This document shows, piece after piece, positions 18,641 to 29,071 of a stretch of 64,000 nucleotides of DNA. The translations under genes were made by a program, and so were the position numbers. Source of the stretch: Candidatus Obscuribacterales bacterium (GTDB lineage: Bacteria > Cyanobacteriota > Vampirovibrionia > Obscuribacterales > Obscuribacteraceae); the NCBI GenBank assembly GCA_965228855.1, contig CBDDIJ010000002.1:2336001-2400000 (forward strand). The letters are read 5' to 3'. The notes beneath the pieces were generated by a model, which was given only the letters and a program-made list of their open reading frames with translations, was not told where the DNA came from and did not search any database. How positions within the stretch are numbered: position 1 is the stretch's first letter; each line of letters opens with the position of its first letter.

Positions 18641-19219
18641 TCAGGAGAGCAATTTTTCCAGTGTCATTGCAAAAGCGTCAAAAGGGCGCCCGTCGGACTC
18701 AAAGGATGCTAACTTGGCATATCCGAGTTTTTCGTGGGCATGAATTGAGCGTTGATTGCTTTGAGAAACTAGTGTGAGTGCTATGGCGTAATTGCTCAGC
18801 GCCTCCTGTTTTAACAAAGCATACATGTGCTGCATGATTCCCTGTCCTCTGAAATTTCTGGATATGCAGATTGGACCGCAGACAATCGCTTCCTTGGCTG
18901 ATATCGTTTTACCTTCCACGGTTTTCCCTTCAAGCACAGCTATCATGCGCGCTGCAAGCGGGTTGTTGCGAATGTTGTAATCGCAGGATTGTGCAAAAAG
19001 AACTCCTGCTGTTTCTGCTGATGAAACAGCGACAACTGTAATGCCATTCTCCGTCATCTCTCTGACTTCATCCAGAGAAAAGCGTACTGAGATGAATCCG
19101 TCTTTGACGTCTTCGTCTGCCAATGCTCCTCGGTAATTCTCATCGAGTAGCGTCAAGGCTCCATATAGGTCCTGGTCGGAAGCGATTCTATATAGTATTT
19201 CCAGCGCCTTTGAATCCAT
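18641..19219 (-). CDS. GNAT family N-acetyltransferase
   Basis: GPICISRNFRGQGIMQHMY motif A; NQRSIHAHEKLGY. Confidence 0.85.
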   Translation of the reverse strand: MDSKALEILYRIASDQDLYGALTLLDENYRGALADEDVKDGFISVRFSLDEVREMTENGITVVAVSSAETAGVLFAQSCDYNIRNNPLAARMIAVLEGKTVEGKTISAKEAIVCGPICISRNFRGQGIMQHMYALLKQEALSNYAIALTLVSQSNQRSIHAHEKLGYAKLASFESDGRPFDAFAMTLEKLLS

Positions 19220-19256
19220 CAGACGTTCCTCTTAAATAAAAACCACTGGCGTACCT

Positions 19257-19913
19257 TCAACCGAACAATTTTCTTACTTCATCCAATTCCAGTTCTGTCC
19301 ACTCGCCTGGTGCGAGTTTTAAATCACCGAGAGTTAGTGAACCAATCGACCAGCGAACCAACCTCAAGGTCGGGTGACCCACCGCTGCTGTCATGCGACG
19401 CACCTGGCGGTTTTTACCTTCAGTGAGAGTCAAACTTATCCAGCTTGTTGGAATATTTTTTCTGATTCGGATAGGCACCGTTCGCGGTGGCAGGTCCGGC
19501 TCTCCACTTATCCGATGTGCACGACAGGGCTTCGTCTTTCTACCCTGCACTAACACGCCGCGCCGCAATTCATCTAGCGCTGCTTCGGTCGCTTCGTGGT
19601 CGACTTGAACCCAATAGGTCCGTTCATGCTCATTCTCCGGGTCGAGAAGAGCGTTGTTCAATCGCGTGTCATCGCTAAGTATGAGAAGACCTTCGCTATC
19701 GGAATCTAACCGGCCAACAGGATAGACGTCCTTGGGAAAGTCGAAGTTCGCAAGAGATTCTTGTTGATCGTTTTCCGGAGGCGTGAACTGCGTGACCACG
19801 TTAAACGGCTTAAAGAATGCCAGGTAAAGTCGTTCATCTGACGGTTCGAACTTTCTCGCCCGTTTATGTTTTTGTTCGAACGTCTTGCGTCCGCCTCGGC
19901 CGTATCTATTCAC
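19257..19913 (-). CDS. rluE: rRNA pseudouridine synthase (RsuA/RluE family)
   Basis: FFKPFNVVTQF, VGRLDSDSEGLLIL, LTEGKNRQVRRMTAAVGHPTLRLVR; no S4 domain. Confidence 0.88.
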   Translation of the reverse strand: MNRYGRGGRKTFEQKHKRARKFEPSDERLYLAFFKPFNVVTQFTPPENDQQESLANFDFPKDVYPVGRLDSDSEGLLILSDDTRLNNALLDPENEHERTYWVQVDHEATEAALDELRRGVLVQGRKTKPCRAHRISGEPDLPPRTVPIRIRKNIPTSWISLTLTEGKNRQVRRMTAAVGHPTLRLVRWSIGSLTLGDLKLAPGEWTELELDEVRKLFG

Positions 19914-19915
19914 GA

Positions 19916-21127
19916 CTAATTCTCAACGCCATCGCCCGAGCCCTCCGCCTCTTGCTCACCAGGCTCGCCACTCTGGTTTCCAAATGCCAGAGCGGCGACT
20001 TCCGTGGCAATCTTGTACACCGGAGGCTTGCGTAAGTTGCACAGAGCGACAACGCAACTGTTTTTCTCCGGCAAAAGAATTATGGTTGAGGCGACACCAG
20101 GGACGCCACCATTCATTGAAACCGTTCTTGCATTACCGTAACGAGGAGCAATTTTCGAAGCCCACCCGAATGCCCACTTCGATGGTTCACCGGTGGTTAA
20201 TGGTGGACGTTCATACCAAAGGGTTTGATACGCCGACGTTGAAAGTACTTTTCTGCTCAAAAGCGCTTCAGCGTATTTCAGCATGTCATCCGAAGTGCTT
20301 TCAAGCATACCCGCGGAAAACTGCGCGGCTGGATTCATAAATGGTATAGGGTGTGGTGGTACGGACCCGTTATTGTCGCCGTACACCTGCGCGATCAGCC
20401 CCGATTGAGCCAGGGTGACTGTCGTACCGGTGGTGCTCATTCCGAAGGGAACAAGCATCGTTTCGCTCACATAATCCAGGTACGGTTTGCCGGTCACGCT
20501 CTCGATAACCGAACCAAGTAAACGATAACTGTAATTGGAATACAAATATTTAGAGCCGGGGTCGGAAACCAGCGGTGTGTGGACGAGTTGGTCAAACTGT
20601 TGAGCCCAGGGTCTCTGTTCGCCGATATTACTCGGAACACCAGCTACCATCGAAGCCAGCTGGCGAATGGTGAGCTTCTTATACTCAGCTCCCAGGTTTC
20701 GAAGGTATTTGTCGAGCGGATCGTCAAGTCCGATCAGTCCCTTGTCTACAAGAGAAAGAAGGCAGAACGCGGTAAATGTTTTGGTTACGGATGCGAGCCC
20801 GAAAACGGTTTGATTTGTTGCAGGACGTTGTTGCTCTACGTTTTGAAAACCGTAAGAGTTGTGGATGATCAGTCGCCCGTTTTTCACTACCGAGATGGCG
20901 TAGCCTGGAATGTTTTGCTCTTGCAGGCGTTGAACGACCAGGCTATCGATTTCGCGTCTTAGCGTTGCGTCATCATCACCGGTATTACCAGCAGTGCCTG
21001 CGGCGAATTGACCAGGCGCCTCAACAGTCCGACTGAAGTCCTGAGCCTGCGCCGCATCAGGCGAGCTGCAAGCAGCCGTTGCGATTAGCAACACCGCCGC
21101 CAGTCGAAAAACTCGTTGCCGCGACAT
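19916..21127 (-). CDS. Serine hydrolase, beta-lactamase class C/AmpH-like family
   Basis: Signal peptide, ASVTK (SxxK), YLYSNYSY (YxN), AGMLESTSDDM. Confidence 0.9.
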   Translation of the reverse strand: MSRQRVFRLAAVLLIATAACSSPDAAQAQDFSRTVEAPGQFAAGTAGNTGDDDATLRREIDSLVVQRLQEQNIPGYAISVVKNGRLIIHNSYGFQNVEQQRPATNQTVFGLASVTKTFTAFCLLSLVDKGLIGLDDPLDKYLRNLGAEYKKLTIRQLASMVAGVPSNIGEQRPWAQQFDQLVHTPLVSDPGSKYLYSNYSYRLLGSVIESVTGKPYLDYVSETMLVPFGMSTTGTTVTLAQSGLIAQVYGDNNGSVPPHPIPFMNPAAQFSAGMLESTSDDMLKYAEALLSRKVLSTSAYQTLWYERPPLTTGEPSKWAFGWASKIAPRYGNARTVSMNGGVPGVASTIILLPEKNSCVVALCNLRKPPVYKIATEVAALAFGNQSGEPGEQEAEGSGDGVEN

Positions 21128-21213
21128 TGTGTGAAACCTCGTTGATACTCGATGCGACGCCCTTGCATGGCGTCGAACCTTGGACGGATTTCATTATCCC
21201 ATGAGATTAGCGA

Positions 21214-21555
21214 TTAGATATCAGTTTGCTTTTCTTCGGCATTATCGCGCAAAGAATTAGGTACGCCATATGGATTGGACGGAGGCTGCAACGCATCATT
21301 AAATCCTAAAGGCGACTCGGCTGTGCGTAGTCTCTTCGTGGCATTCGAAAGTGGAGGCGAGATTACTGTTTGTCTGGTCAGTTTCACGCACCACTGGCGG
21401 TGCAGCCGTTGTGCTTCTAAAATTCGTGGAGCCCAGGGAGCGAGGTGAGCCACACTGCTCAGATCGATTATTTCGATCGTTTCAGCCAACGAGTCGGCAA
21501 TCGAAGAACCGCTTTGCGGCTCAGTCTTTGATTGAGAGTCTCGAGTGGAAGGCAT
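21214..21555 (-). CDS. Hypothetical protein
   Basis: 113-aa ATG ORF on the same strand as its neighbours, filling a gap; no motif recognised. Confidence 0.3.
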   Translation of the reverse strand: MPSTRDSQSKTEPQSGSSIADSLAETIEIIDLSSVAHLAPWAPRILEAQRLHRQWCVKLTRQTVISPPLSNATKRLRTAESPLGFNDALQPPSNPYGVPNSLRDNAEEKQTDI

Positions 21556-21813
21556 ATTTCAGTGTTTGACGAACCGTAGGCTGGACCGCACAATGCGGTC
21601 CAGAGTGGGCTCACCGTCCCCGTCAATTATATGCGGTGCGATTTGCACGCACCGCTTAAACTTCGTATGCATGTATCCTAAATTCGGATTGCATCGAAGT
21701 CAATGCAACAAAACATTTCTGAGAGAATGTTCGGGATGTGTATATGTTATCGTTTTGCGCGACATATTAATCCGATCTGTGATGTGCGTGCAGAAGCTAT
21801 CACGGTGTTGAAA

Positions 21814-24117
21814 TCAGTTTTTCCGAAGAAGGACCATCAAGTCTTTGCGATGGTCAGGCCAATCTGACCACAGATCCCCAATGCGGTTTAAACGCTCTGG
21901 TAATGTCGACATGGTGTGATGAATCGGCAACTCCGTCCCCAGTTCGTCCCATCTCAGCGGCGTTGATACCGCCTGCTCTTGCACGAGGCGTGGTGAGTAT
22001 GGTGCGATTAAGGTTTTCCCTTTGCAATTGGGACTTACATCTATAAGAATTTTTCGTTCTCGCTTGGCTGCGACCGGATCGAGTGAGACGCTATTGCTGT
22101 GCTTGTTGAGAACGAACTTACTAATAATCTCTGCGAGCACTCTGACCTCATCATGGTCCAAGGTATTCTCTATTGGAACAAAGACATGCAATCCATTGCG
22201 ACCTGATGTTTTCAAATAGGAGTGCAGAGAAACCGTTTCCAGCGCTTCTTTAAGCCATACTGCAGCTTCCGAGACTCTGAGAAATGCATCTTTCCTATAT
22301 AGACGTTTGTCCTTTTTCTCATCATCGAAGTGAAGGTCCAGATCGAAAACCATGAAGTCCGGTTTTTTGCCAGGATCCGCCAGGGTTAACCTCGATAGCC
22401 AGACGTGGTGCTCCATCACACCATGCTGTGAATACCACAATAAAGATGCGAAGTTGTTGCACATCGCCACTTCGGTGTCATCGTCGTTTTGTCTGTCTAC
22501 AAAACATGTTTCTACAAAGTCAGGAATCGGAAATTTCCAATGTTTCTGGTAGAAACTTTTGCCCTTGAGCCCATCCGGTGAGCGCACCACCGATAGTGGT
22601 CTATCTTGAAGATATCCAAGAGAATACGGTGCTGTAACCGCGATGTAGCGAAGAAAATCTCTCTTTGTGACTACCGGAAGACCAGCGGATGCAGGCCACA
22701 TTACTTTGTTGAGATGCGAAAACTCGATAGTATCTCCGTTAACGACTGCTTCCATTTTGTCGTCATTCTTCGTAGCCTCCAGCTGTGCAGCAACCGCTGC
22801 ACAAGCCGCTTTCTGTTCGCTGGAAACTTGTTTAAATGGAACAACTACGGCATCGTATATCGACTGTCTTTCGGCAACTCGCGGTTCTTTGCTTCGCGAT
22901 TTTGCTGCTGCTGTTTTATCCTTCTTTGATTTCGGCGCAGTTTTAGCAACTGCGCTGGTCCCGACCTTGGCAGATTTTTTACGTCCGGTTTTAACCGAGC
23001 CCTTCGGAAGCGCCGCGCCTTCGAGTGTCAGTGTCAGCTGCGTCGGTTTCGTTGGAACATATTTACCCGGATCTATTTGAACGATTGCCTGGGGGGCGCG
23101 CCTCACAAGGCGGACTTCCTCCGGACCTTTATCTTCTCGGACGCGAAGAAAAACAGGGGCTCGCAAATGATTATCGAAAGTCCAGTCCATGAACTTTATT
23201 TCAATCACGATCCGTGGATTCAGCCAGGTTACTTCCTTCTTTTCGTCAGGTCGTTTAATAAAGGGATGCTTTTCAATTTTGTGAGGCTCCATCCGGCGGC
23301 ACATATCTCTTAGGAGTCGCTCGTCGAAGCCGGTTCCTACACTTCCGCAGTAAACAAAATTGCCGTCATCGTCGTATGACCCGAGCAGCAAGGCACCGAA
23401 CGTGGAGGTTCGCCCTCCCTGACCTCTGGTGAATCCGCCCACGACAAATTCGTCTGTTTGTTGAGCCTTCACTTTTATCCATTGTGGTGAACGTCTGCCC
23501 GGTTCATAAAGACTGTCCAGGCTTTTGGCCACTATACCTTCGAAGCCGTTATCCACGCAGACTTCGTATGCTGCCATACCATCGTTCTCGAACGCTGTCA
23601 GGTGTCTGATGCGCTCCGACTCAAGCAGAATTTGTTTGAGTACCAATTTGCGGTTTGATAGCTTACAGGCAGTCAGATCAGTGCCGTCAACTTCCACGAT
23701 GTCGAACGCGAAGAAGAAGGCTGGAACAGTTTTCTCCGCACGTTCGATGTCAGCGCTGCGAATCAGGTTCATCCGTTGCTGCAGGTGTTGAAACGAGGGG
23801 CGACCAAGTTCATTCAAGGCGATAATTTCGCCGTCAATTATCGCGTCCCGAGAGCAGAGCTTCGAAATTTCGTTTGCGATCAGCGGATACTGTTTGGTTA
23901 TGTCGAGCGCTCGCCGGGAGTAGATTTTGCAGACGCCACCTCGGATAACGATGATAGCTCGCATTCCATCGAGTTTGGGCTCAAAAATCCAGCCTGCGCG
24001 CGCGAAATTATTCTCCGGCAAACTCGCCAACATCGGCGTGAATTTGTTTGCGGTGATAATCGAGCGTCGAGCACCAGGAATTTTTGAAGCGTCGAGCATT
24101 CCAGGAACCACTAGCAT
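21814..24117 (-). CDS. ligD: NHEJ DNA ligase D (ligase plus polymerase/primase domains, no phosphoesterase domain seen)
   Basis: EPKLDGMR, EGIVAK, WIKVK, OB fold LRAPVFLRVREDK; Pol domain VFDLD, KTSGRNGLHV, TLIAPYSPR. Confidence 0.95.
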   Translation of the reverse strand: MLVVPGMLDASKIPGARRSIITANKFTPMLASLPENNFARAGWIFEPKLDGMRAIIVIRGGVCKIYSRRALDITKQYPLIANEISKLCSRDAIIDGEIIALNELGRPSFQHLQQRMNLIRSADIERAEKTVPAFFFAFDIVEVDGTDLTACKLSNRKLVLKQILLESERIRHLTAFENDGMAAYEVCVDNGFEGIVAKSLDSLYEPGRRSPQWIKVKAQQTDEFVVGGFTRGQGGRTSTFGALLLGSYDDDGNFVYCGSVGTGFDERLLRDMCRRMEPHKIEKHPFIKRPDEKKEVTWLNPRIVIEIKFMDWTFDNHLRAPVFLRVREDKGPEEVRLVRRAPQAIVQIDPGKYVPTKPTQLTLTLEGAALPKGSVKTGRKKSAKVGTSAVAKTAPKSKKDKTAAAKSRSKEPRVAERQSIYDAVVVPFKQVSSEQKAACAAVAAQLEATKNDDKMEAVVNGDTIEFSHLNKVMWPASAGLPVVTKRDFLRYIAVTAPYSLGYLQDRPLSVVRSPDGLKGKSFYQKHWKFPIPDFVETCFVDRQNDDDTEVAMCNNFASLLWYSQHGVMEHHVWLSRLTLADPGKKPDFMVFDLDLHFDDEKKDKRLYRKDAFLRVSEAAVWLKEALETVSLHSYLKTSGRNGLHVFVPIENTLDHDEVRVLAEIISKFVLNKHSNSVSLDPVAAKRERKILIDVSPNCKGKTLIAPYSPRLVQEQAVSTPLRWDELGTELPIHHTMSTLPERLNRIGDLWSDWPDHRKDLMVLLRKN

Positions 24118-24999
24118 CTACGAGCCGGTTTTGCGCTTTCTCGTGGTTTTCTTTTCGCTTGCCACTGCTGCTTCCGGTTCTTTCGAAACCTTTGCAGCTT
24201 TAGCAAGCGTGGGCATCGGCGCTGTTTTCTTCGCCTTGATGCTTTCCATACTGGCTTGCAGCGCATCCATCAAATCTATAACTTTGGCTGGTGCCGCCGA
24301 TGGTGCCTCGTGAACTTCCTTGCCTTCGAGTTTTGCTTCGATAACCGACATGAGCGCCTCTCGGTAACCATCTTTGTAGGACTCAGGCTCGAAGTCTGCG
24401 GCCATCAAATCAATCAAGCTTTCTGCCATCGCCAATTCTTTGTCTGAGACTTGAACGTCAGGCAATGCCTTATCCTTATCAACCCGGACTTCGTCCGGAT
24501 ATAAGAGCGTGCTCATCATAAGTGTTCCACCGTATCCGCGCAGGCAGCAGAGACGTTCCTTCGTTCGAATCGAAACCTTCGCGATCGCCACCATTCCTTT
24601 TTCATTCATAGCGCGCATGAACAGTGTAAAAGGTTTTTTCGCAGCCTCCTCAGGTTCGATGTAATAAGCCTTGTCGTAGTAGACGGGGTCAATGTCTTCT
24701 GCTGTGATAAATGAGGTTATTTCGATTGTGTTTTTGTTCGGTAGCGGCAAGTTGTCGAAATCTTCTTTCGTGAGAACGACATATTGCCCTTTCGAGTACT
24801 CGTAGCCTTTCTCGATTTCGTCATATTCTATTTTTCTGTCGCAGGTCGGGCAGAAACGTTGTTCTTTGACCCTGCCCTTGCAATCTTTATGCAGTTGGTT
24901 GAAATGGATATCCTTGTTGTCGGTTGCCGAGTAAAGTTTGACCGGAATGCTGACCATACCGAAGGTGATGATTCCGCTCCAAATAGCCCGTGCTGCCAT
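24118..24999 (-). CDS. ku: NHEJ Ku protein
   Basis: ARAIWSGIITFGMVSIPVKLYSA, KGYEYSKGQYV, VIDLMDALQAS, basic tail; stop abuts the ligD ATG. Confidence 0.97.
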   Translation of the reverse strand: MAARAIWSGIITFGMVSIPVKLYSATDNKDIHFNQLHKDCKGRVKEQRFCPTCDRKIEYDEIEKGYEYSKGQYVVLTKEDFDNLPLPNKNTIEITSFITAEDIDPVYYDKAYYIEPEEAAKKPFTLFMRAMNEKGMVAIAKVSIRTKERLCCLRGYGGTLMMSTLLYPDEVRVDKDKALPDVQVSDKELAMAESLIDLMAADFEPESYKDGYREALMSVIEAKLEGKEVHEAPSAAPAKVIDLMDALQASMESIKAKKTAPMPTLAKAAKVSKEPEAAVASEKKTTRKRKTGS

Positions 25000-25346
25000 A
25001 AAATTTACCTTTCTGCTTAATGCTGATGATACTAAATGCGGTATCAGCGATCTGAAACCATCCAGAGGCTGATAATTGGCGCTGTTCCCGAGTTATAGCG
25101 ATATTCTTCCCATATAGCATCGACATTATTCAAATATGTCGGCTGGCGCTTGGAGCCATACGTGTGTATGTGGGGCGTCTCTGAGCCCATGTCTTCGTGA
25201 TGGCTTGATGTCCCTAGACTTCATGCAACCGGAGGGCACGTCACTTTTGTGTTTCAGGTGCCCGCAGCCGCAGACTATCGAAACGAAACGGAAAGAAGTA
25301 AACACCCATAATCGCTTGGTTGGCTACAGTCTATATTTAATGAGCT

Positions 25347-27800
25347 ATGGATGACTTAGAGAAAATCGTTTTGTCTCACCTTTCGCGAAACCCGCAAAGC
25401 GACGAAACGGCAAGCAGCGAAGCGGAATTGCAGTCTATGACCCACCAACACGAGATAGATGTGGACTCGGCAGCTCGGCGCGACGCAGAACTTGATTCAT
25501 CAATGGAGCAAGATCTCGACGCCGGTTTGATGCCTGAGGATGAAGGCGTACAATCGTTTAGTGACAGCCGTACGACGAAAGCCGAGGTAGATCTGACCGA
25601 ACAAGTTTCAAACAACGACCCGGAGGTCGCAGCCGAATATCTGCCTCCGTATGAGCCTGACATGCGACCGCTTTGTCAGGGTATGCCGTTCGTCTTGACT
25701 GACTCTGCCCATCCCAGGCATGCGGTCAAGCACGGCAGTCACTTCCTGGTCCTCGACGATGCAGGCTTGATTCCGAGTTGCAATTCAATGGGGTACGGTT
25801 ACTATCGCTATGATACAAGGCATCTCAGCTCGTGGGAACTCGAGCTGAACAATGCTCCTTTATCGCTGCTGTCCTCTGATTTCACTAAAGGATACGCAGC
25901 TGATTTGCTGTATACCAATAACCACTCAGAATCGGTCCCTCAGCAAAAAGTGACGGTGGAGCGCAAGATTGTTCTAACGGACTTGCTCTGGGAGCAGATT
26001 ACTCTTGAGAATTTCCACTCTGAACCTGTCGAAGTCGAGTTAGCACTTCGGTTTTACTCAGACTTCGCGGACATCTTTGAAGTCAGAGGTGTAAACAGAC
26101 CTGTGCGCGGGCAGCGTATGAAACCTACAGCGCCAGGCGGTTCATCGATTTTTCTCGCGTACAGAGGTGTTGACAATATACTGCTTGAAACGGTTATCGA
26201 TTTTAAAAACATCCGTCCGACGTCGCTCAATGACGGTGAAGCGATTTTTAAAATGACCTTGCCTGTCAGGCGGCCGGTCAGCATGGACATTTGCATCTAT
26301 ACACGTTGGAATCGTGGTGCACCGAGGGCGGTGGCAAATGGAGCGGACTTCAAGGAAGCAGAGCAAATTGCCGATACGAATTACGAAAGTTGGCGTAACG
26401 AACTCACCACGATCGAAACAGATCTGAACATGTTCAACATCGCTATTGATAATTGTTACCGCGATTTGTACATGCTAAGGCAGCCGACTCCAAAGGGTCT
26501 TGGTATCGCTGCTGGTATCCCATGGTATTGTTCTTTGTTCGGTCGAGACACCGCTATAACAGCGCTACAGATGCTGCCCTTCGCGCCTGATCTGGCGCGC
26601 AGTTGCATCGATGTGCTGGCAGCATATCAAGGACAGAAAACCGACACCTTCAGGGCCGAACGCCCCGGAAAAATTTTGCACGAATTGCGAGTGGGCGAAA
26701 TGGCTCGCATGAAGGAAACTCCGCACGATCCCTATTATGGAACGGTCGATGCGACGCAACTCTGGCTCATCTTGATCGCGGAGTACATCGATTGGACTGG
26801 TGATCTTGAGTACGCAAATTCGCTCTGGCCGAATATAAAACTGGCTCTTCGATTTCTCGATAACGCCGTGAAAACGGGCTACATGAGCTACAAGCGCGAG
26901 AGCCCACTCGGACTTGAAAACCAGGGCTGGAAAGATTCCGGCGACTCAGTGACGCACCTCGACGGCAAGCTCGCAGAACCTCCAATTTCTCTATGTGAAG
27001 CGCAAGGCTACCTGTTTCTTGCCTGGATGAAAATTGCTAATCTTGCGAATCTCTTGGGACAAAATTCACTCGCTTTCAAGCTACGCCAGCGGGCAATGGC
27101 TTTGAAAGAGCGTTTCCAGAAAGATTTCTGGATGGACTCCGAGCAGTTTATTGCTATTGCGCTTGATCGCTACGGCAATCAGGTTCAGACGGTTTCATCC
27201 AATCCCGGTCACTGTCTATGGTCCGAGATTTTAGATGATGAAAAGGCTCACAAGGTGGCGGACCGCATCATGAATGCCGATCTCTTTTCCGGTTGGGGGA
27301 TAAGAACGCTGTCCACGGAAGCGCCGTCATACAATCCGCTTAGCTACCATAATGGTTCCGTCTGGCCTCACGATAACGCGATAATTGTCGATGGGTTGAG
27401 AAAGCTGGGACGTTCAAAGGACATCGTCGTAGTTCTCACGGCTATGTACGATGCCATGCGACGGCAGTCCGACTTCCGCTTGCCCGAATTGTTTTGCGGA
27501 TTCGAACGTTCGAGTTCTCCGCATCCTATCGATTATCCGGTCTCCTGCCGACCACAGGCATGGGCTGCTGGAGCCATTTTTCAAATGCTCAAGGCGTGCA
27601 TCAATCTGTCTCCTGACGCTGCAAAAAATCAGCTCAGAATTGTCGATCCAGTTTTACCGCCCTGGTTGACTCAGGTGCGGATATCGAATTTGCGGCTGGG
27701 CAAATCGTCTGTGGATCTGGCTCTTCGACGAGACGGCACCTCGACGTTTTGCCAGGTTTTGAAGAAACAGGGTAACATCCGGATCGTGATTGAAACATAG
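25347..27800 (+). CDS. Amylo-alpha-1,6-glucosidase (glycogen debranching enzyme family)
   Basis: DFADIFEVRG, AAGIPWYCSLFGRD, PGKILHELR, NQGWKDSGD, SYHNGSVWPHDN, RLPELFCGF, PQAWAA. Confidence 0.93.
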   Translation: MDDLEKIVLSHLSRNPQSDETASSEAELQSMTHQHEIDVDSAARRDAELDSSMEQDLDAGLMPEDEGVQSFSDSRTTKAEVDLTEQVSNNDPEVAAEYLPPYEPDMRPLCQGMPFVLTDSAHPRHAVKHGSHFLVLDDAGLIPSCNSMGYGYYRYDTRHLSSWELELNNAPLSLLSSDFTKGYAADLLYTNNHSESVPQQKVTVERKIVLTDLLWEQITLENFHSEPVEVELALRFYSDFADIFEVRGVNRPVRGQRMKPTAPGGSSIFLAYRGVDNILLETVIDFKNIRPTSLNDGEAIFKMTLPVRRPVSMDICIYTRWNRGAPRAVANGADFKEAEQIADTNYESWRNELTTIETDLNMFNIAIDNCYRDLYMLRQPTPKGLGIAAGIPWYCSLFGRDTAITALQMLPFAPDLARSCIDVLAAYQGQKTDTFRAERPGKILHELRVGEMARMKETPHDPYYGTVDATQLWLILIAEYIDWTGDLEYANSLWPNIKLALRFLDNAVKTGYMSYKRESPLGLENQGWKDSGDSVTHLDGKLAEPPISLCEAQGYLFLAWMKIANLANLLGQNSLAFKLRQRAMALKERFQKDFWMDSEQFIAIALDRYGNQVQTVSSNPGHCLWSEILDDEKAHKVADRIMNADLFSGWGIRTLSTEAPSYNPLSYHNGSVWPHDNAIIVDGLRKLGRSKDIVVVLTAMYDAMRRQSDFRLPELFCGFERSSSPHPIDYPVSCRPQAWAAGAIFQMLKACINLSPDAAKNQLRIVDPVLPPWLTQVRISNLRLGKSSVDLALRRDGTSTFCQVLKKQGNIRIVIET

Positions 27801-27860
27801 GAAACAGGATCGGGCACGTCTACGACGCCGAGACCGAGATAAGACTGAGAGGAGATTACT

Positions 27861-28961
27861 GTGAAGATTGCTCAACTGGCACCACTCTCGGAAGCCGTCC
27901 CTCCTAAGGGCTACGGTGGGACCGAGTTAGTTGTGAGTCAACTGACTGAAGAGCTAGTACGTCGAAACCATGATGTCGTACTGTTCGCCAGCGGCGATTC
28001 TGAAACGGATGCTGAGTTGGTTTCAATTACTCCTAAAGCGCTGCGAATGGAAAAGGTGCCATCGCACCGCTGGGCGGCTTATGAAGTGCGCTCGTTGCTG
28101 CGGTTTTTAGAGCGTAAAGATGAGTTTGACGTCGTTCATAACCACATGGGTTTTCTGGCTTATCCGTTCCTCGCGCAAGCGAACTGTCCGGTTGTCTCGA
28201 CTATTCATAACCCGATGCTCGATTACTGTGCGGACATTTATCGCACCTTTAGTCACCTTCCTATCGTTTCTATTAGTGATGCTTATCGCAAATTGAACCT
28301 GTGTGATGAGTTGAATTATGTTGCTCGCGTTTACAACGCCGTCGACTCCAAAGGTTTTGATCCAGGCGAACTATCAGCTGACAAAATTGGCGACCAGGAC
28401 AGAAAGTATTTGTTGTTTCTGGGACGGATTTCACACGCAAAAGGAACTGCTGATGCGATAAAAATCGCGAAGGCAAAGGGCTTGCCTCTCAAAATCGCAG
28501 GAAAAGTCGATGATACCGACTTGAAGTATTTTAATGAGAACGTCGAGCCCGAGCTGGGCGGCGGCATCGAGTATGTTGGTGAAGTAGACTTCGAGCAGAA
28601 GAGAAGCTTGTACAAGAACGCGATGGCGATTGTTTATCCTATCCATTTTGAAGAACCCTTCGGATTGGTCATGGTTGAAGGTCTTGCATCCGGTACGCCT
28701 CTTGTCGCGCTGGCGCGGGGCAGTGTGCGGGAGATACTAACTGATAAAACAGCTGTCATAGGAAGCACCGTCGATGAGTTAATTGAAAACTTCGACCGGG
28801 TTTTCGACCTGCGTTCCTCTGAGTGCATTGCCAGGGCGAACGACTTCAGCGTAGACAAGATGACATCTGGCTATGAAGAAGTTTACGCGAAGGTCATTGG
28901 AAGTTTCACAAAAGGCAAACCGCTGTCTTCGCAGTCGGACAGTGCTCTCGCGGTTAAATAG
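27861..28961 (+). CDS. Glycosyltransferase family 4
   Basis: MKIAQLAPL..VPPKGYGGTE, FLGRISHAKG, EEPFGLVMVEGLASGTP. Confidence 0.93.
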   Translation: MKIAQLAPLSEAVPPKGYGGTELVVSQLTEELVRRNHDVVLFASGDSETDAELVSITPKALRMEKVPSHRWAAYEVRSLLRFLERKDEFDVVHNHMGFLAYPFLAQANCPVVSTIHNPMLDYCADIYRTFSHLPIVSISDAYRKLNLCDELNYVARVYNAVDSKGFDPGELSADKIGDQDRKYLLFLGRISHAKGTADAIKIAKAKGLPLKIAGKVDDTDLKYFNENVEPELGGGIEYVGEVDFEQKRSLYKNAMAIVYPIHFEEPFGLVMVEGLASGTPLVALARGSVREILTDKTAVIGSTVDELIENFDRVFDLRSSECIARANDFSVDKMTSGYEEVYAKVIGSFTKGKPLSSQSDSALAVK

Positions 28962-29071
28962 CCTTTCCCTGCCTCATGACCGGTTTTGAGGGGATTGCGT
29001 GGTTTCTGCATCGATTTTCAAATGCGTGCTATGGCGAGATCAACTAATACCAATATGCCTTTGGCGGTCAC

